A stretch of 34,130 nt of DNA from a virus (Duplodnaviria > Caudoviricetes), in IMG/VR virus record IMGVR_UViG_3300048857_000013, positions 1 to 34,130 of that record. The stretch is one strand, 5' to 3'. The translations under genes were made by a program, and so were the position numbers. The notes beneath the pieces are model-generated. The model was not told the DNA's origin and did not search any database. It worked only from the letters and a program-made list of their open reading frames with translations. Positions 24,466-33,572 of the stretch are shown in pieces (the first letter of the stretch is position 1; each line of letters opens with the position of its first letter).

Positions 24466-26693
24466 TGGCCCTTTCTTTCTTGTTCGGCGGCTCCACAAAA
24501 GAGACGCCCGAATCCATTAAGCGCAAGCGCGATCTGGCCATGGCGATCATGGGCGCGTCTAAAGCTCCCAAGAACATCGGCGAGGGCCTGAACGCGCTCG
24601 GCTCAGGCATTGTTGCGGGTGTCATGAACCGGCGCGCCAATAAGGCGGAAGACGAGGGCCGTGCCTCTGCGGATACGGTTTTCAAGAGCGCGATGCAGGG
24701 CGAGCTTGCCAGCCAGATCATGGGAACCGCGCCATCGAGCATGGGCATCAATCCGGCTAGCGGCGGTGCATCTGGCGGTTCCAGCTCCTATCGTGACGCC
24801 ATTGCCTCGATCGAGAGCGCCGGGAGCGGCGATTACAGGGCTGTCGGCCCGACGCACCCGAAGATGGGCCGTGCACTCGGCCGATACCAGATCATGGAGG
24901 CCAATGTCGGGCCATGGTCGCGCGAAGTGCTCGGTCGCGAGGTGACTCCCGACGAGTTCATGGCGAACCCTCAGCTTCAAGACGCCATTTTCGACGGGAA
25001 GTTCAACAGCTACGTGCAGAAGTTCGGGCCGGAAGGCGCGGCGCAGGCGTGGTTTGCAGGCCCCGGCGGCGTCGGCAAGACGAACCGCAAGGACTCCCTC
25101 GGGACAGACGTCGGCACCTATGGGCGCAAGTTCATGAGCGCGCTCGGCCCCCAGGCGCAGCAGCCAACAGAGGTAGCCAGCCTTGACCCTGCAGCCGGCA
25201 TGCCTCCGCAGACGGCCACAGGCGCGGTCAACGCTATGGCTGCCGGAGGTGGCGCTGTTATCGCCGACGAGTCTCAATACTCGCCAGAGGACAAGGCGCG
25301 CCTTGCCGCTCTGCGCGGCCCCGCACCTTCTTCCGTCGCTTACAGCGGCCCAGGCGCGCGCATTGACACGCCAACGGCTGTGTACGACGACAAAGGTTTC
25401 CGTATGGAGCCGCAGGAACAGCGGCCGCAGCAGGCAGCGCCGTCCTTGTCGGACGAGGTGGCAGCCTTTGAGCAGACCCCAGAGTATCAAGCCCAGTTCC
25501 CAGGCATGAACGCGCCGGAGACGGCAGGACCGCAAAGCCCTCCGCAAGGCATCCCGCCGCAGTTCCAAGGCTCTCAGCAGATCGCCAACGCCCAGGGCGG
25601 CATCATGCCCGCGCTGATGGGCGGTTCCCCTGCCTCTCCCGATCAGGTCGCGCAGGCCCAGGCGATGGTGCAGCAGCCGCCGCAGCAGCAGGCACAGGCG
25701 CAAGGCAAGCCCGACAAAATGGCTCTCCTTCAGGCCCTGAGCAATCCGTGGCTGTCGCAGGAGCAGAAGGCGGTTCTGCAGGCGCTCTATCAGCAGCAGG
25801 AGCAGGAAGAGCAGGCGGCCCGCGAGCAGCAGATATGGATGCAGCGCCAGCAATACGAACAGGAAGCCAAGCGCAATGATCCGTCCTACCAACTCGGGCT
25901 GAAAAAGACGCAGGCCGAGCTGGACCAGATGGGCAAGCCGGAATATCGGACGCTCACGCCGGAAGAGCGCAAGCAATACGGCATTCCCGACACCGATCAG
26001 CGTCTCTACCAAGTTTCTCGCGGCGGCAAGGTGGATGCAGTCGGCGGCGCCGGCCAGACGATCAATGTTGGCAACGAGATTGATGCTCGTAAGGCAGCCG
26101 CAGCAGAGCTAGGGCTTTCTCCGGACGACCCACGATATGAGTCGTTCGTGCTAACCGGGAAGTTCCCGCGTGAAGACTCCCAGTCTCTTACGGCGACTGA
26201 CAAGAAGGCCATTCTGGAAGCGGATGAGATGGTGGCTGCAAACCAGAGCGCCCTTGAGGCTCTCTCGCAGGCGGAGGCTCTATCCGATCAGGCGAATAGC
26301 GGCTGGTTTGCTGGCGCTCGGGCGTCGATCGGTAACAATCTTCCCGACTGGATGGTGCCGGACATCGTTTCGAGCCCGCAAAGCTCCCAGGCCACGACCG
26401 ATATGGACAACGCCATCATTGGTCAGGCCATCACGCAGCTCAAGACCATCTTCGGCGGGAACCCGACAGAGGGCGAACGAAACATTCTCCTCGAACTTCA
26501 GGGTTCGTCGACCATGCCTCGAGAGGTCCGCAAGCAGGTGTTTTCCCGCGCTCGAGCGTTGGCCGAAAAGCGGCTGCAGTTCAACAATGATCGAGCAGCC
26601 GATTTGCGCGGCGGCACCTACTATAAGCCTGATCGGGCGCCGGCCACCGGTCAGAACATAGATGATCTTCTGAAAAAATACGGAGCTCCGTAA
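24465..26693 (+). CDS. Internal virion (ejection) protein with lysozyme-like domain
   Basis: AIASIESAGSGDY...ALGRYQIM...AAQAWFAGPG lysozyme/transglycosylase-like motifs; Pro/Gln-rich linker; helical C-terminus. Confidence 0.8.
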   Translation: MALSFLFGGSTKETPESIKRKRDLAMAIMGASKAPKNIGEGLNALGSGIVAGVMNRRANKAEDEGRASADTVFKSAMQGELASQIMGTAPSSMGINPASGGASGGSSSYRDAIASIESAGSGDYRAVGPTHPKMGRALGRYQIMEANVGPWSREVLGREVTPDEFMANPQLQDAIFDGKFNSYVQKFGPEGAAQAWFAGPGGVGKTNRKDSLGTDVGTYGRKFMSALGPQAQQPTEVASLDPAAGMPPQTATGAVNAMAAGGGAVIADESQYSPEDKARLAALRGPAPSSVAYSGPGARIDTPTAVYDDKGFRMEPQEQRPQQAAPSLSDEVAAFEQTPEYQAQFPGMNAPETAGPQSPPQGIPPQFQGSQQIANAQGGIMPALMGGSPASPDQVAQAQAMVQQPPQQQAQAQGKPDKMALLQALSNPWLSQEQKAVLQALYQQQEQEEQAAREQQIWMQRQQYEQEAKRNDPSYQLGLKKTQAELDQMGKPEYRTLTPEERKQYGIPDTDQRLYQVSRGGKVDAVGGAGQTINVGNEIDARKAAAAELGLSPDDPRYESFVLTGKFPREDSQSLTATDKKAILEADEMVAANQSALEALSQAEALSDQANSGWFAGARASIGNNLPDWMVPDIVSSPQSSQATTDMDNAIIGQAITQLKTIFGGNPTEGERNILLELQGSSTMPREVRKQVFSRARALAEKRLQFNNDRAADLRGGTYYKPDRAPATGQNIDDLLKKYGAP

Positions 26694-28732
26694 TGGCCAC
26701 TGTCGAGCAACTATCGAATGCTCTCATCAATGCCGATAGGGCCGGCGACGTCGAGGCCGCGCGGGCGCTCGCCGCTGAGATTTCGCGGATGCGGGCGGCT
26801 CCACCGGAGATACCGTCCACTCTGCCGCAAACACAGCAGCCGCTGGAGCCGCAACCGGCGGATACCCGCGACAACTGGCTTGGGCGCGCGGATACCTTCA
26901 TGCGAGGTGCTGCGGATACGATGTCGTTTGGCCTGGCTGATGAAATTGCGGCCGGTGGGGACGCGCTTTTCAATCCGCTCTTCGGAACGGGTCAGGACGG
27001 CGGCTCCCTCTCCGAGCGATACGACCGAAACCTGAATGCGCAGCGAGCGACGGACGAGCTCGACGCCAAGAAGCGAATGGCTGAGCGTCTCACAGGTCAA
27101 ATCCTCGGTGCTGTCGGCGGCGGGGTTGGGCTGGCGAAAAGCGGCCTGTCTGCCACGGCCAATGCCGTGAATGCCGGCAAGGGCCTGGCTGGCGTGACAA
27201 AGGCCTCGGCGCTTGAAGGTGCAGTCTTGGGCGGCGCTCAGGGGTTCGGAAGCGGGGAAGGGATCGATGATCGCGTACTCGGCGCCGGTAAAGGGATGGT
27301 GGCCGGCGGCGTCCTCGGAGCTGCTCTCCCAGCCGCTACCACGGCTGTCGCAGGCGCGTTCAAGGGAGCGACGGCCCCGCTCATGGCCCCGTTCCGTCCT
27401 GAAGTTTATACGGACAAGGCCATGCGGACGTATCTCAAACGGTCAGGCAAGACGCCCGAGCAAATCGCGAACATTATGCGCGGCGCTGTCGACGATGGCC
27501 AAGGCATGTACGCGCTCGCGGATGCGATGGGAAACGCCGGACAGCGTGCGCTTGTCCCCGTCACCAGAACCCCAAACGATGCACGGCAGGAAGTCACGGA
27601 TTTCCTCATTCGGCGGCAAATGGGGCAGCCCCAGCGCCTTGCGAATGCCCTGGCAGACGGTTTCGATGCGCCTCAGACATCCGGGCAGGTGAGCCGCGAG
27701 CTAACTCGCGCCCGCGACGTGGAAGCGGATCAGCTATACACCGTCGCCCGGAGCAACGCTGGGGCCGTCAACGTGACGCCTATTCTCAGCCGGATCGATG
27801 AGACGCTATCTCCCGGCGTAAACCAGATGGCAAGCCCTCGCGACAACATCGGCTATGACACCATCGAGGGCGCGCTTGCCCGAGTTCGCCGGATGATCTC
27901 GGACGGAAATTCGCAAGTGACGGATTTCAACACGCTGTTCCGGGCAAAGCTTGATCTCGATGACATGATCACGAAGGCAGAAGGGCAGGGCGCGGGAAAC
28001 AGGGCGAAGTATCTCAGTCAGGTGAAGCGGGAGGTCGATCGGGCGCTTGAAAACGCGTCGCCGGCCTATCGAAACGCCAACGACACCTTCGCCAGACGCA
28101 GCCAGGTAATCGACAGTATCGAGACAGGGCAGGCGGCTAAGTCTGGCAGGGTGCGCGCCGAAGACAGCATCGAAGGGTTCAACAATCTGACACCCGAACA
28201 ACAGCAGGCTTTCCGTGTCGGATATGTGGATCCAATCATCTCCGATATCGAGAGCCATGCGATGGGCCCCGCGACCAATCGGGCGCGATCGCTCACCACT
28301 CCGAAGTTCGAGCAGGAGTTCCAGGCATTCGCCGCCCCCGGCCGCGCTCAGCAGCTCGGGAACCGGATCGGGCGTGAAAATCGCATGTTCGAGACGAATG
28401 CCGCGGCTCTCGGAAATAGCCGAACCGCTGATAACCTTGGCGACATTGACGATATGGCGAATTTCGACCCCGCCGTTTTGTCTAACCTGCTGCAGGGGAA
28501 TTTCACGCAGGCAGCCCTTGCTGGTGCGCGCCAAGCCTTCAATGCCGGGAAAGGACTTCCTCCGCGAGTAGTCGAGAGGGTCGGCCGTCGACTAATCGAA
28601 ACCAACCCGGAGGCGGCTCTTGCCGCGCTTACGAAGGTCCAGAGACAGCAGGTTAGCCGTGATCAGCTTCGGGCTATGATTCTGTCGAGCATGCTGCATA
28701 ACGCGAATGCTGGCTTCGGCAGGCTACCATAG
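26693..28732 (+). CDS. Large internal virion / DNA-transfer protein
   Basis: ALINADRAGDVEAARALA N-terminus, Gly/Ala hydrophobic segments, helical; last of the ejection cluster. Confidence 0.75.
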   Translation: MATVEQLSNALINADRAGDVEAARALAAEISRMRAAPPEIPSTLPQTQQPLEPQPADTRDNWLGRADTFMRGAADTMSFGLADEIAAGGDALFNPLFGTGQDGGSLSERYDRNLNAQRATDELDAKKRMAERLTGQILGAVGGGVGLAKSGLSATANAVNAGKGLAGVTKASALEGAVLGGAQGFGSGEGIDDRVLGAGKGMVAGGVLGAALPAATTAVAGAFKGATAPLMAPFRPEVYTDKAMRTYLKRSGKTPEQIANIMRGAVDDGQGMYALADAMGNAGQRALVPVTRTPNDARQEVTDFLIRRQMGQPQRLANALADGFDAPQTSGQVSRELTRARDVEADQLYTVARSNAGAVNVTPILSRIDETLSPGVNQMASPRDNIGYDTIEGALARVRRMISDGNSQVTDFNTLFRAKLDLDDMITKAEGQGAGNRAKYLSQVKREVDRALENASPAYRNANDTFARRSQVIDSIETGQAAKSGRVRAEDSIEGFNNLTPEQQQAFRVGYVDPIISDIESHAMGPATNRARSLTTPKFEQEFQAFAAPGRAQQLGNRIGRENRMFETNAAALGNSRTADNLGDIDDMANFDPAVLSNLLQGNFTQAALAGARQAFNAGKGLPPRVVERVGRRLIETNPEAALAALTKVQRQQVSRDQLRAMILSSMLHNANAGFGRLP

Positions 28733-28936
28733 GTGTTTGAAGCGAACGGATGCCCACAGCATGAAGATCATGCCGGTAAAAGCCCCCAGGCCAACCGAGA
28801 GAAAATCGACGTTGTAAGAGTACAGCAAGCAGCCCCACGCGATGGCTACCACAATGAACATCAGCCGAAAACTTTCCGGCCGACGATCGATCTTCGGTTC
28901 GTGTGGGTCGTGCTCAATAGTGGGGCGTGCGCTCAT
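28724..28936 (-). CDS. 70-aa two-TM membrane protein (moron)
   Basis: MSARPTIEHDP... with two hydrophobic stretches; antisense to the late operon. Confidence 0.65.
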   Translation of the reverse strand: MSARPTIEHDPHEPKIDRRPESFRLMFIVVAIAWGCLLYSYNVDFLSVGLGAFTGMIFMLWASVRFKHLW

Positions 28937-28988
28937 GACCACAACATACACGAGTGTTCGCAAAAATGAAGAAGGCTCCTGGTCAACG

Positions 28989-29423
28989 TCAGTACCCACC
29001 CGGGCGAGAATATGCACTTCGCTTTCCGCATCTGTTGCCCGCAGCGTCGCGCTGCCAATCGTACTGGCAGTTTCCACGGTACGGTGTGTACGATGGATAG
29101 GACGAACCACCGCCGCAGTTATGCTTCGCGCAGACGGCTACTGCGGTTCCCACCAATGCAACGGCCACGATAGCCGCCGCAGCCTGGTTCTCCCGCTGTA
29201 CCATGTTGACGCATTCGATTGGGTCGATGCGGCGACGCGCGAGCTCGGCGGTAAGCTCCTGCGTGAAGGCGAGATCTGTATTCGTTATGAAAGTTCGGCA
29301 GAGCGCTGACTTGCTCACACCCTCAGGATTCTTGCGAAAATCTGCCTGTGTCGTGGTGCAACTCGCCAAGACAAACGTCATCGCTGCGGCAATAGACAGC
29401 CGCCCCGCCAAGTAAAAATTCAA
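28989..29423 (-). CDS. Predicted lipoprotein with Cys-rich C-terminal domain (moron)
   Basis: Lipobox VLAS-C, internal hydrophobic stretch, CQYDWQRDAAGNRCGKRSAYSRPGG end. Confidence 0.8.
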   Translation of the reverse strand: MNFYLAGRLSIAAAMTFVLASCTTTQADFRKNPEGVSKSALCRTFITNTDLAFTQELTAELARRRIDPIECVNMVQRENQAAAAIVAVALVGTAVAVCAKHNCGGGSSYPSYTPYRGNCQYDWQRDAAGNRCGKRSAYSRPGGY

Positions 29424-29508
29424 GATGTGCCCCCTCAGTTCCCCTGAGGTGCACTCAACAACTTATTGGCGACTAGTGTCAATAGACGACGATACGATAA
29501 AATCTAGC

Positions 29509-29537
29509 AAAGGCTCCCTCGCGGGGCCTTTTTCTTT
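29509..29537 (+). terminator. Intrinsic terminator upstream of tail fibre gene
   Basis: AAAGGCTCC-CTCGC-GGGGCCTTTTTCTTT. Confidence 0.75.
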
Positions 29538-29548
29538 GGAGAATGCCC

Positions 29549-30913
29549 ATGCCTAGAACTGGCGGAGTCTACTCGCCACCGGCCGGCACGAAAGGCGTGT
29601 CCAACACGACCATTCAGAGCGTGCCTTACAACGCGTTCGTGGATGATCTGACGGCCGATGCAAACGCCGCGCGGCCGATCACCGCCGGCGGTACGGGGGC
29701 GACGACGGCGAGCGGTGCGCGCACGGCGATTGGGGCGCAGGCTGCAAGCGCCGCTCTGACATCGATCGCCGCTTTGACTACGTCTGCCGACAAGCTCCCT
29801 TACACGACGGCCTCGGACACGTACGCGGTTACCACACTTACGGCATTCGGTCGCTCGTTGATCGATGACGCAGACGCGACCGCCGCCAGAACCACTCTCG
29901 GTCTGACTATCGGGACGAACGTTCAAGCTTATGACGCGGGACTCGCCTCGATCGCCGGGCTTACGACGGCCGCCGACCGGATGATCTACACCACCGCGGC
30001 CGACACCTATGCAGTGGCAACCTTGACGGCGTTTGGCCGGTCGCTCATTGACGACGCCGACGCCACCGCCGCGCGAACGACGCTCGGGCTCACCATCGGC
30101 ACCAACGTCCAGGCATACGATGCCGGACTTAATTCGATAGCGGGCTTGACCACCGCTGCGGACCGAATGATCTATACGACGGCCGCTGACACATATGCGG
30201 TCGCGACGCTCACCAGTTTCGCCCGCACCCTGCTCGACGACACTTCAAACACTGCGGCCCGCACCACCCTTGATGTCTATAGCAAGGCGGAAGTGAACAG
30301 CCTCGCTTCGAGCTCTGTGCCCGCAGGGACGGTCATCTTTTATGCCAAGAGCACGGCGCCTTCCGGCTACCTGAAGGCGAACGGCGCGGCCGTCTCCCGC
30401 ACGACGTATGCCGATCTGTTCGCTGCGATCGGAACCACATTCGGCGCAGGGGACGGATCGACCACCTTCACCCTTCCGGACCTTCGGGGCGAATTTGTTC
30501 GCGGCTGGGACGATGCTCGAGGTGCCGATAGCGGTCGCGTGTTCGGGTCTGCCCAGGCGGACGAAGTTCAGAGCCACCTGCACACCGTCAACCCGCCGAG
30601 CACGGCGACTTCCTCGGACACGCATTCGCACACCTATTCCGGTTCTACGAACACGACCGGCGCGCATGTGCACTCTGTCCCCTATCAGGATCGCGGCTTC
30701 TCCGGCGGCACCATCAACAACGCGGAGAGCGGGGGCTCTACGGGAACCTTCAACACTGGCTCTTCCGGTGACCACAGCCACACGTACTCCGGCACGACCA
30801 GTTCCGACACCCACAGCCATACGGTTGACATCGCACAGTTTAACTCCGGCTCGACCGGCGGCACCGAAACCCGTCCTCGCAACGTGGCCCTTCTGGCCTG
30901 CATCAAATTCTGA
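29549..30913 (+). CDS. Tail fibre protein with tail-collar domain
   Basis: MPRTGGVYSPP anchor, 62-aa tandem repeats, collar domain (PAGTV...PSGYLKANGAAVSRTTYADLFAAIGT...LPDLRGEFVRGWD), HxH motifs, ETRPRNVALLACIKF end. Confidence 0.92.
   Translation: MPRTGGVYSPPAGTKGVSNTTIQSVPYNAFVDDLTADANAARPITAGGTGATTASGARTAIGAQAASAALTSIAALTTSADKLPYTTASDTYAVTTLTAFGRSLIDDADATAARTTLGLTIGTNVQAYDAGLASIAGLTTAADRMIYTTAADTYAVATLTAFGRSLIDDADATAARTTLGLTIGTNVQAYDAGLNSIAGLTTAADRMIYTTAADTYAVATLTSFARTLLDDTSNTAARTTLDVYSKAEVNSLASSSVPAGTVIFYAKSTAPSGYLKANGAAVSRTTYADLFAAIGTTFGAGDGSTTFTLPDLRGEFVRGWDDARGADSGRVFGSAQADEVQSHLHTVNPPSTATSSDTHSHTYSGSTNTTGAHVHSVPYQDRGFSGGTINNAESGGSTGTFNTGSSGDHSHTYSGTTSSDTHSHTVDIAQFNSGSTGGTETRPRNVALLACIKF
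29801..30270 (+). repeat. ~2.5 tandem copies of a 186-bp (62-aa) unit in the tail fibre
   Basis: VQAYDAG codons start at 29921 and 30107, 186 bp apart; protein copies nearly identical. Confidence 0.9.
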
Positions 30914-30922
30914 GGAGCCCTC

Positions 30923-31375
30923 ATGCCTTTGACGGTCTACAACTATCACCCGAGCACGCTCGAATACACCGGGTCTTCAGAGGCCGACGAAAGCCCGCTG
31001 GAGCCAGGAGTGTACCTTATCCCGGCCTATGCGACGGAAATCGCCCCGCCCGAATTCATCCCCGGACACATTTTCAAGTGGACCGGGAGTGAGTGGATAG
31101 CGGAAGCGATCCCGCCCCAGCCCTCCATCCACATGCCCGCGCTCTCCGCGCGCCAAATTCGGCTTGGTCTCGTCAGCAACGGCTTTGCGCTTGCCCAGGT
31201 CACCGCGTCGATTGATGCGATGCCCGATGGCGTCGAAAAGGAAACCGCCCAGATCGAATGGGAATACGCGACCACTTTCGAGCGCATGCACCCGCTTATC
31301 GCCATGGTAGGCGCCGCGCTCGGCCTCTCCGACGAGCAGATCGACGCCATGTGGGCGGCCGCCGCCAGCCTCTAA
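30923..31375 (+). CDS. Tail fibre assembly-like protein
   Basis: VYNYHP.T.EY.G...ADESPLEPGVYLIPAYATEIAPP motif; C-terminal SARQIRLGL...IEWEYA. Confidence 0.8.
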   Translation: MPLTVYNYHPSTLEYTGSSEADESPLEPGVYLIPAYATEIAPPEFIPGHIFKWTGSEWIAEAIPPQPSIHMPALSARQIRLGLVSNGFALAQVTASIDAMPDGVEKETAQIEWEYATTFERMHPLIAMVGAALGLSDEQIDAMWAAAASL

Positions 31376-31396
31376 TTCCCCGAAGGAAAAACGACG

Positions 31397-32134
31397 ATGG
31401 AAACGACCGTGCAGTCTCTGCAGCGGCGACTGATCGCGCTTGGATTCCCGCTGCCGAAGTTTGGCGCGGACGGCGATCCAGGCGGCGAGACCATCGCTGC
31501 GGTTGGAAAGGCGCTCGACGAGTTGCAGAAGCTTCGGGCCCTGTCTGAACCTCTATTCCCCGCCGGAACGAGCGCTTCGGCGGTCGCTGCCGCGCGCGAA
31601 AGGCTCGGATTAGGGGGTGCTGTCCCATCCGAATGGATGCCGGATGCCAAGATGGAGCGCATCATTCTCCACTGGACGGCAGGCGCCCACAAGGCCAGCG
31701 AATTCGACAGGGGCCACTATCACATCCTCATCGAAGATGATGGAAAGCTGGTCCGCGGGATCCCCTCGATCGCGCTCAATGAGGCGCCGGCGAAGAAAGG
31801 CTATGCCGCCCATACCCTCGGGGCCAACTCGGGCTCGATTGGCGTCTCTCTCTGCTGCATGGGCGGCGCGAACGAGGCGCCATTTGACCCGGGCAAATAT
31901 CCGATGACACGGGAACAGTGGGATGCCCTGACATCCGTCGTTGCCGATCTCTGCCGCCGCTACGCGCTCCCGGTCAATGACAAAACCGTCCTCTCTCATG
32001 CCGAGGTTCAGAACAATCTCGGCATTCAGCAACGCGGAAAATGGGATTTCACGCGTCTCGCGTTCGACCCCTCAGTGAAAGGCGCAAAGGCTTGCGGCGA
32101 CAAGCTGCGCGCTGAAGCAAAAGCCAAGATCTAA
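31397..32134 (+). CDS. Endolysin: peptidoglycan-binding segment plus N-acetylmuramoyl-L-alanine amidase (Amidase_2)
   Basis: LQRRLIALG...GADGDPG.ET; IILHWTAG, YHILI, AHTLGANSGSIGV, LSHAE zinc-amidase motifs. Confidence 0.9.
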   Translation: METTVQSLQRRLIALGFPLPKFGADGDPGGETIAAVGKALDELQKLRALSEPLFPAGTSASAVAAARERLGLGGAVPSEWMPDAKMERIILHWTAGAHKASEFDRGHYHILIEDDGKLVRGIPSIALNEAPAKKGYAAHTLGANSGSIGVSLCCMGGANEAPFDPGKYPMTREQWDALTSVVADLCRRYALPVNDKTVLSHAEVQNNLGIQQRGKWDFTRLAFDPSVKGAKACGDKLRAEAKAKI

Positions 32135-32161
32135 CCCTCTCCACCATCGAAGGAACTCACC

Positions 32162-32488
32162 ATGCGTTCACTGATCATCGCATCAGCGGCGTCGGCATGC
32201 CTTATGCTCGCGTCCTGCACCACCACCGGCTCGATCGACACCGCGATCAAGACCGGCCTGCCAAAGACCTGCGCCCTGCTCGAGACGGCTCATGCCGCCT
32301 TCATCGCGGCCTCGGCATCCGGGAACATCAAGGCGAAGACCATCGCCAAGGAAAAGGCCGCCTATGACGGCGTGCGGGTGATCTGCGCCGACCCGGGAAG
32401 CGTCACGGCCGCCAACGCGCTCGTGGTCGCCGCGACCGCTTACGCGACTGTTTCGCTCGCCCTGCGCGAAGCAAAAGCTGCGGAATAA
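32162..32488 (+). CDS. Lysis-cassette lipoprotein (spanin candidate)
   Basis: Signal peptide with LAS-C lipobox; hydrophobic C-terminal helix. Confidence 0.7.
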   Translation: MRSLIIASAASACLMLASCTTTGSIDTAIKTGLPKTCALLETAHAAFIAASASGNIKAKTIAKEKAAYDGVRVICADPGSVTAANALVVAATAYATVSLALREAKAAE

Positions 32489-32500
32489 GGAGAGACCGCT

Positions 32501-32671
32501 ATGAACATCTCGAAAGCCGTTGCCGCCGCCGCTGGTGGTGCTCTGACCGGAACCGCCGGTCTCCCCTTCATGCCGGAAGGTACGCCCTGGTATGGCTATC
32601 TGGCGCTGTATGCGCTGACGATCGGCCTGCCGGCGCTGCTGACCTACATCGCGCCGAAGAACTCGCAGTAA
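32501..32671 (+). CDS. 56-aa hydrophobic protein (holin-like)
   Basis: AAGGAGAG RBS; MNISKAVAAAAGGALTG...WYGYLALYALTIGLPALLTYIAPKNSQ; below the ORF-track size cut-off. Confidence 0.7.
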   Translation: MNISKAVAAAAGGALTGTAGLPFMPEGTPWYGYLALYALTIGLPALLTYIAPKNSQ

Positions 32672-32761
32672 CAGAACAGGCCGGCTCTCATCCGTTGGGG
32701 GCCGGCTCTTTCACCGTGGCATGCATACGAGGGCCGGGGATTGGACAACGGAACAGATCAA

Positions 32762-33133
32762 ATGACCACAGTTCGCGCGCCGGCCTGGAAGTGGGAGTGG
32801 AACCTCAATACGGTCGTGATCCTCCTCGGCTTCGTCGGGGCGATCATGACGTGGGGGGCCTCTTGGGAACGCCTGAGTTCCAGCCAGAACTCCCACGCGA
32901 ATGCTCTCGATCGGATGGACAAGCGCTTGACAGCCGCAGAAGTCTCCCTCCGGCAGATCGACAATCACGAGCTTCGAATATCGGCGGTGGAGAAGCAGGC
33001 GGCTGAAGCTGCTACGTCAATGAAGGCCGTCGAGAACACGCTCAATAGCCTTTCGATCGATACGCGTGTGATGCGCGAGATCCTCCAGCGCATCGAGGCC
33101 AGTCAGCGCGACGGGGCTCAGCTGCGGCGCTAA
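32762..33133 (+). CDS. Single-TM coiled-coil protein (lysis-associated candidate)
   Basis: LNTVVILLGFVGAIMTWGA followed by a long heptad region; start may be TTG 32741. Confidence 0.7.
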   Translation: MTTVRAPAWKWEWNLNTVVILLGFVGAIMTWGASWERLSSSQNSHANALDRMDKRLTAAEVSLRQIDNHELRISAVEKQAAEAATSMKAVENTLNSLSIDTRVMREILQRIEASQRDGAQLRR

Positions 33134-33229
33134 CAAAAGAGTGGCTCGCCAGTTGCTGAATGAGGGTAAGCGCTTGCCTGGTTAGATACGCCATGTGAAA
33201 ACGGCTGTATTGAATTTGGAAAGCACAAG

Positions 33230-33490
33230 ATGCCTCCCCCTCGCGACGCCAGCATGGAAATCATCATATCGGCCGACGGACTCAGCAGAATCGTTATTGT
33301 AGCCCGACATGACGGCCTCTACACTTGGCGTCACGAGGTCTATTTACCTCCGAATCCTGAGTACGGCTTCACAGAAGATTGGGACGCTGAATACCCTTAC
33401 GGCAACGGGATTTATGCGACGAGAGAGCACGCATTGCAGGACGCGCTCGGTCAGGTGAAGTGGTTGTCGGCGGTGGTGGATCGTTCTTGA
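33230..33490 (+). CDS. Hypothetical protein
   Basis: 86-aa ORF with plausible globular composition in the accessory region. Confidence 0.6.
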   Translation: MPPPRDASMEIIISADGLSRIVIVARHDGLYTWRHEVYLPPNPEYGFTEDWDAEYPYGNGIYATREHALQDALGQVKWLSAVVDRS

Positions 33491-33572
33491 TTCTGCTCCC
33501 GCTGAGAGTAAAATATGCGCAAGCGACGTTCGAAGCGGTTCCCTTGGATGGAACAGGGCGAATAGGCCCAAG

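Noticed and set aside
19950-26012. Long minus-strand ORFs (457, 331, 299, 469 aa) opposite tail and ejection genes
   Set aside because: Same shadow effect; Leu/Arg-rich translations mirror Gln/Ala codons on the plus strand.
29801-30913. Tail-fibre repeats as diversity-generating retroelement or invertible cassette
   Set aside because: Differences are synonymous and not adenine-specific; no reverse transcriptase, invertase or inverted recombination sites in the window.
33528-33541. GTTC-N6-GTTC as a LexA box
   Set aside because: The alphaproteobacterial consensus needs a 7-nt spacer, and the site lies between convergent genes.
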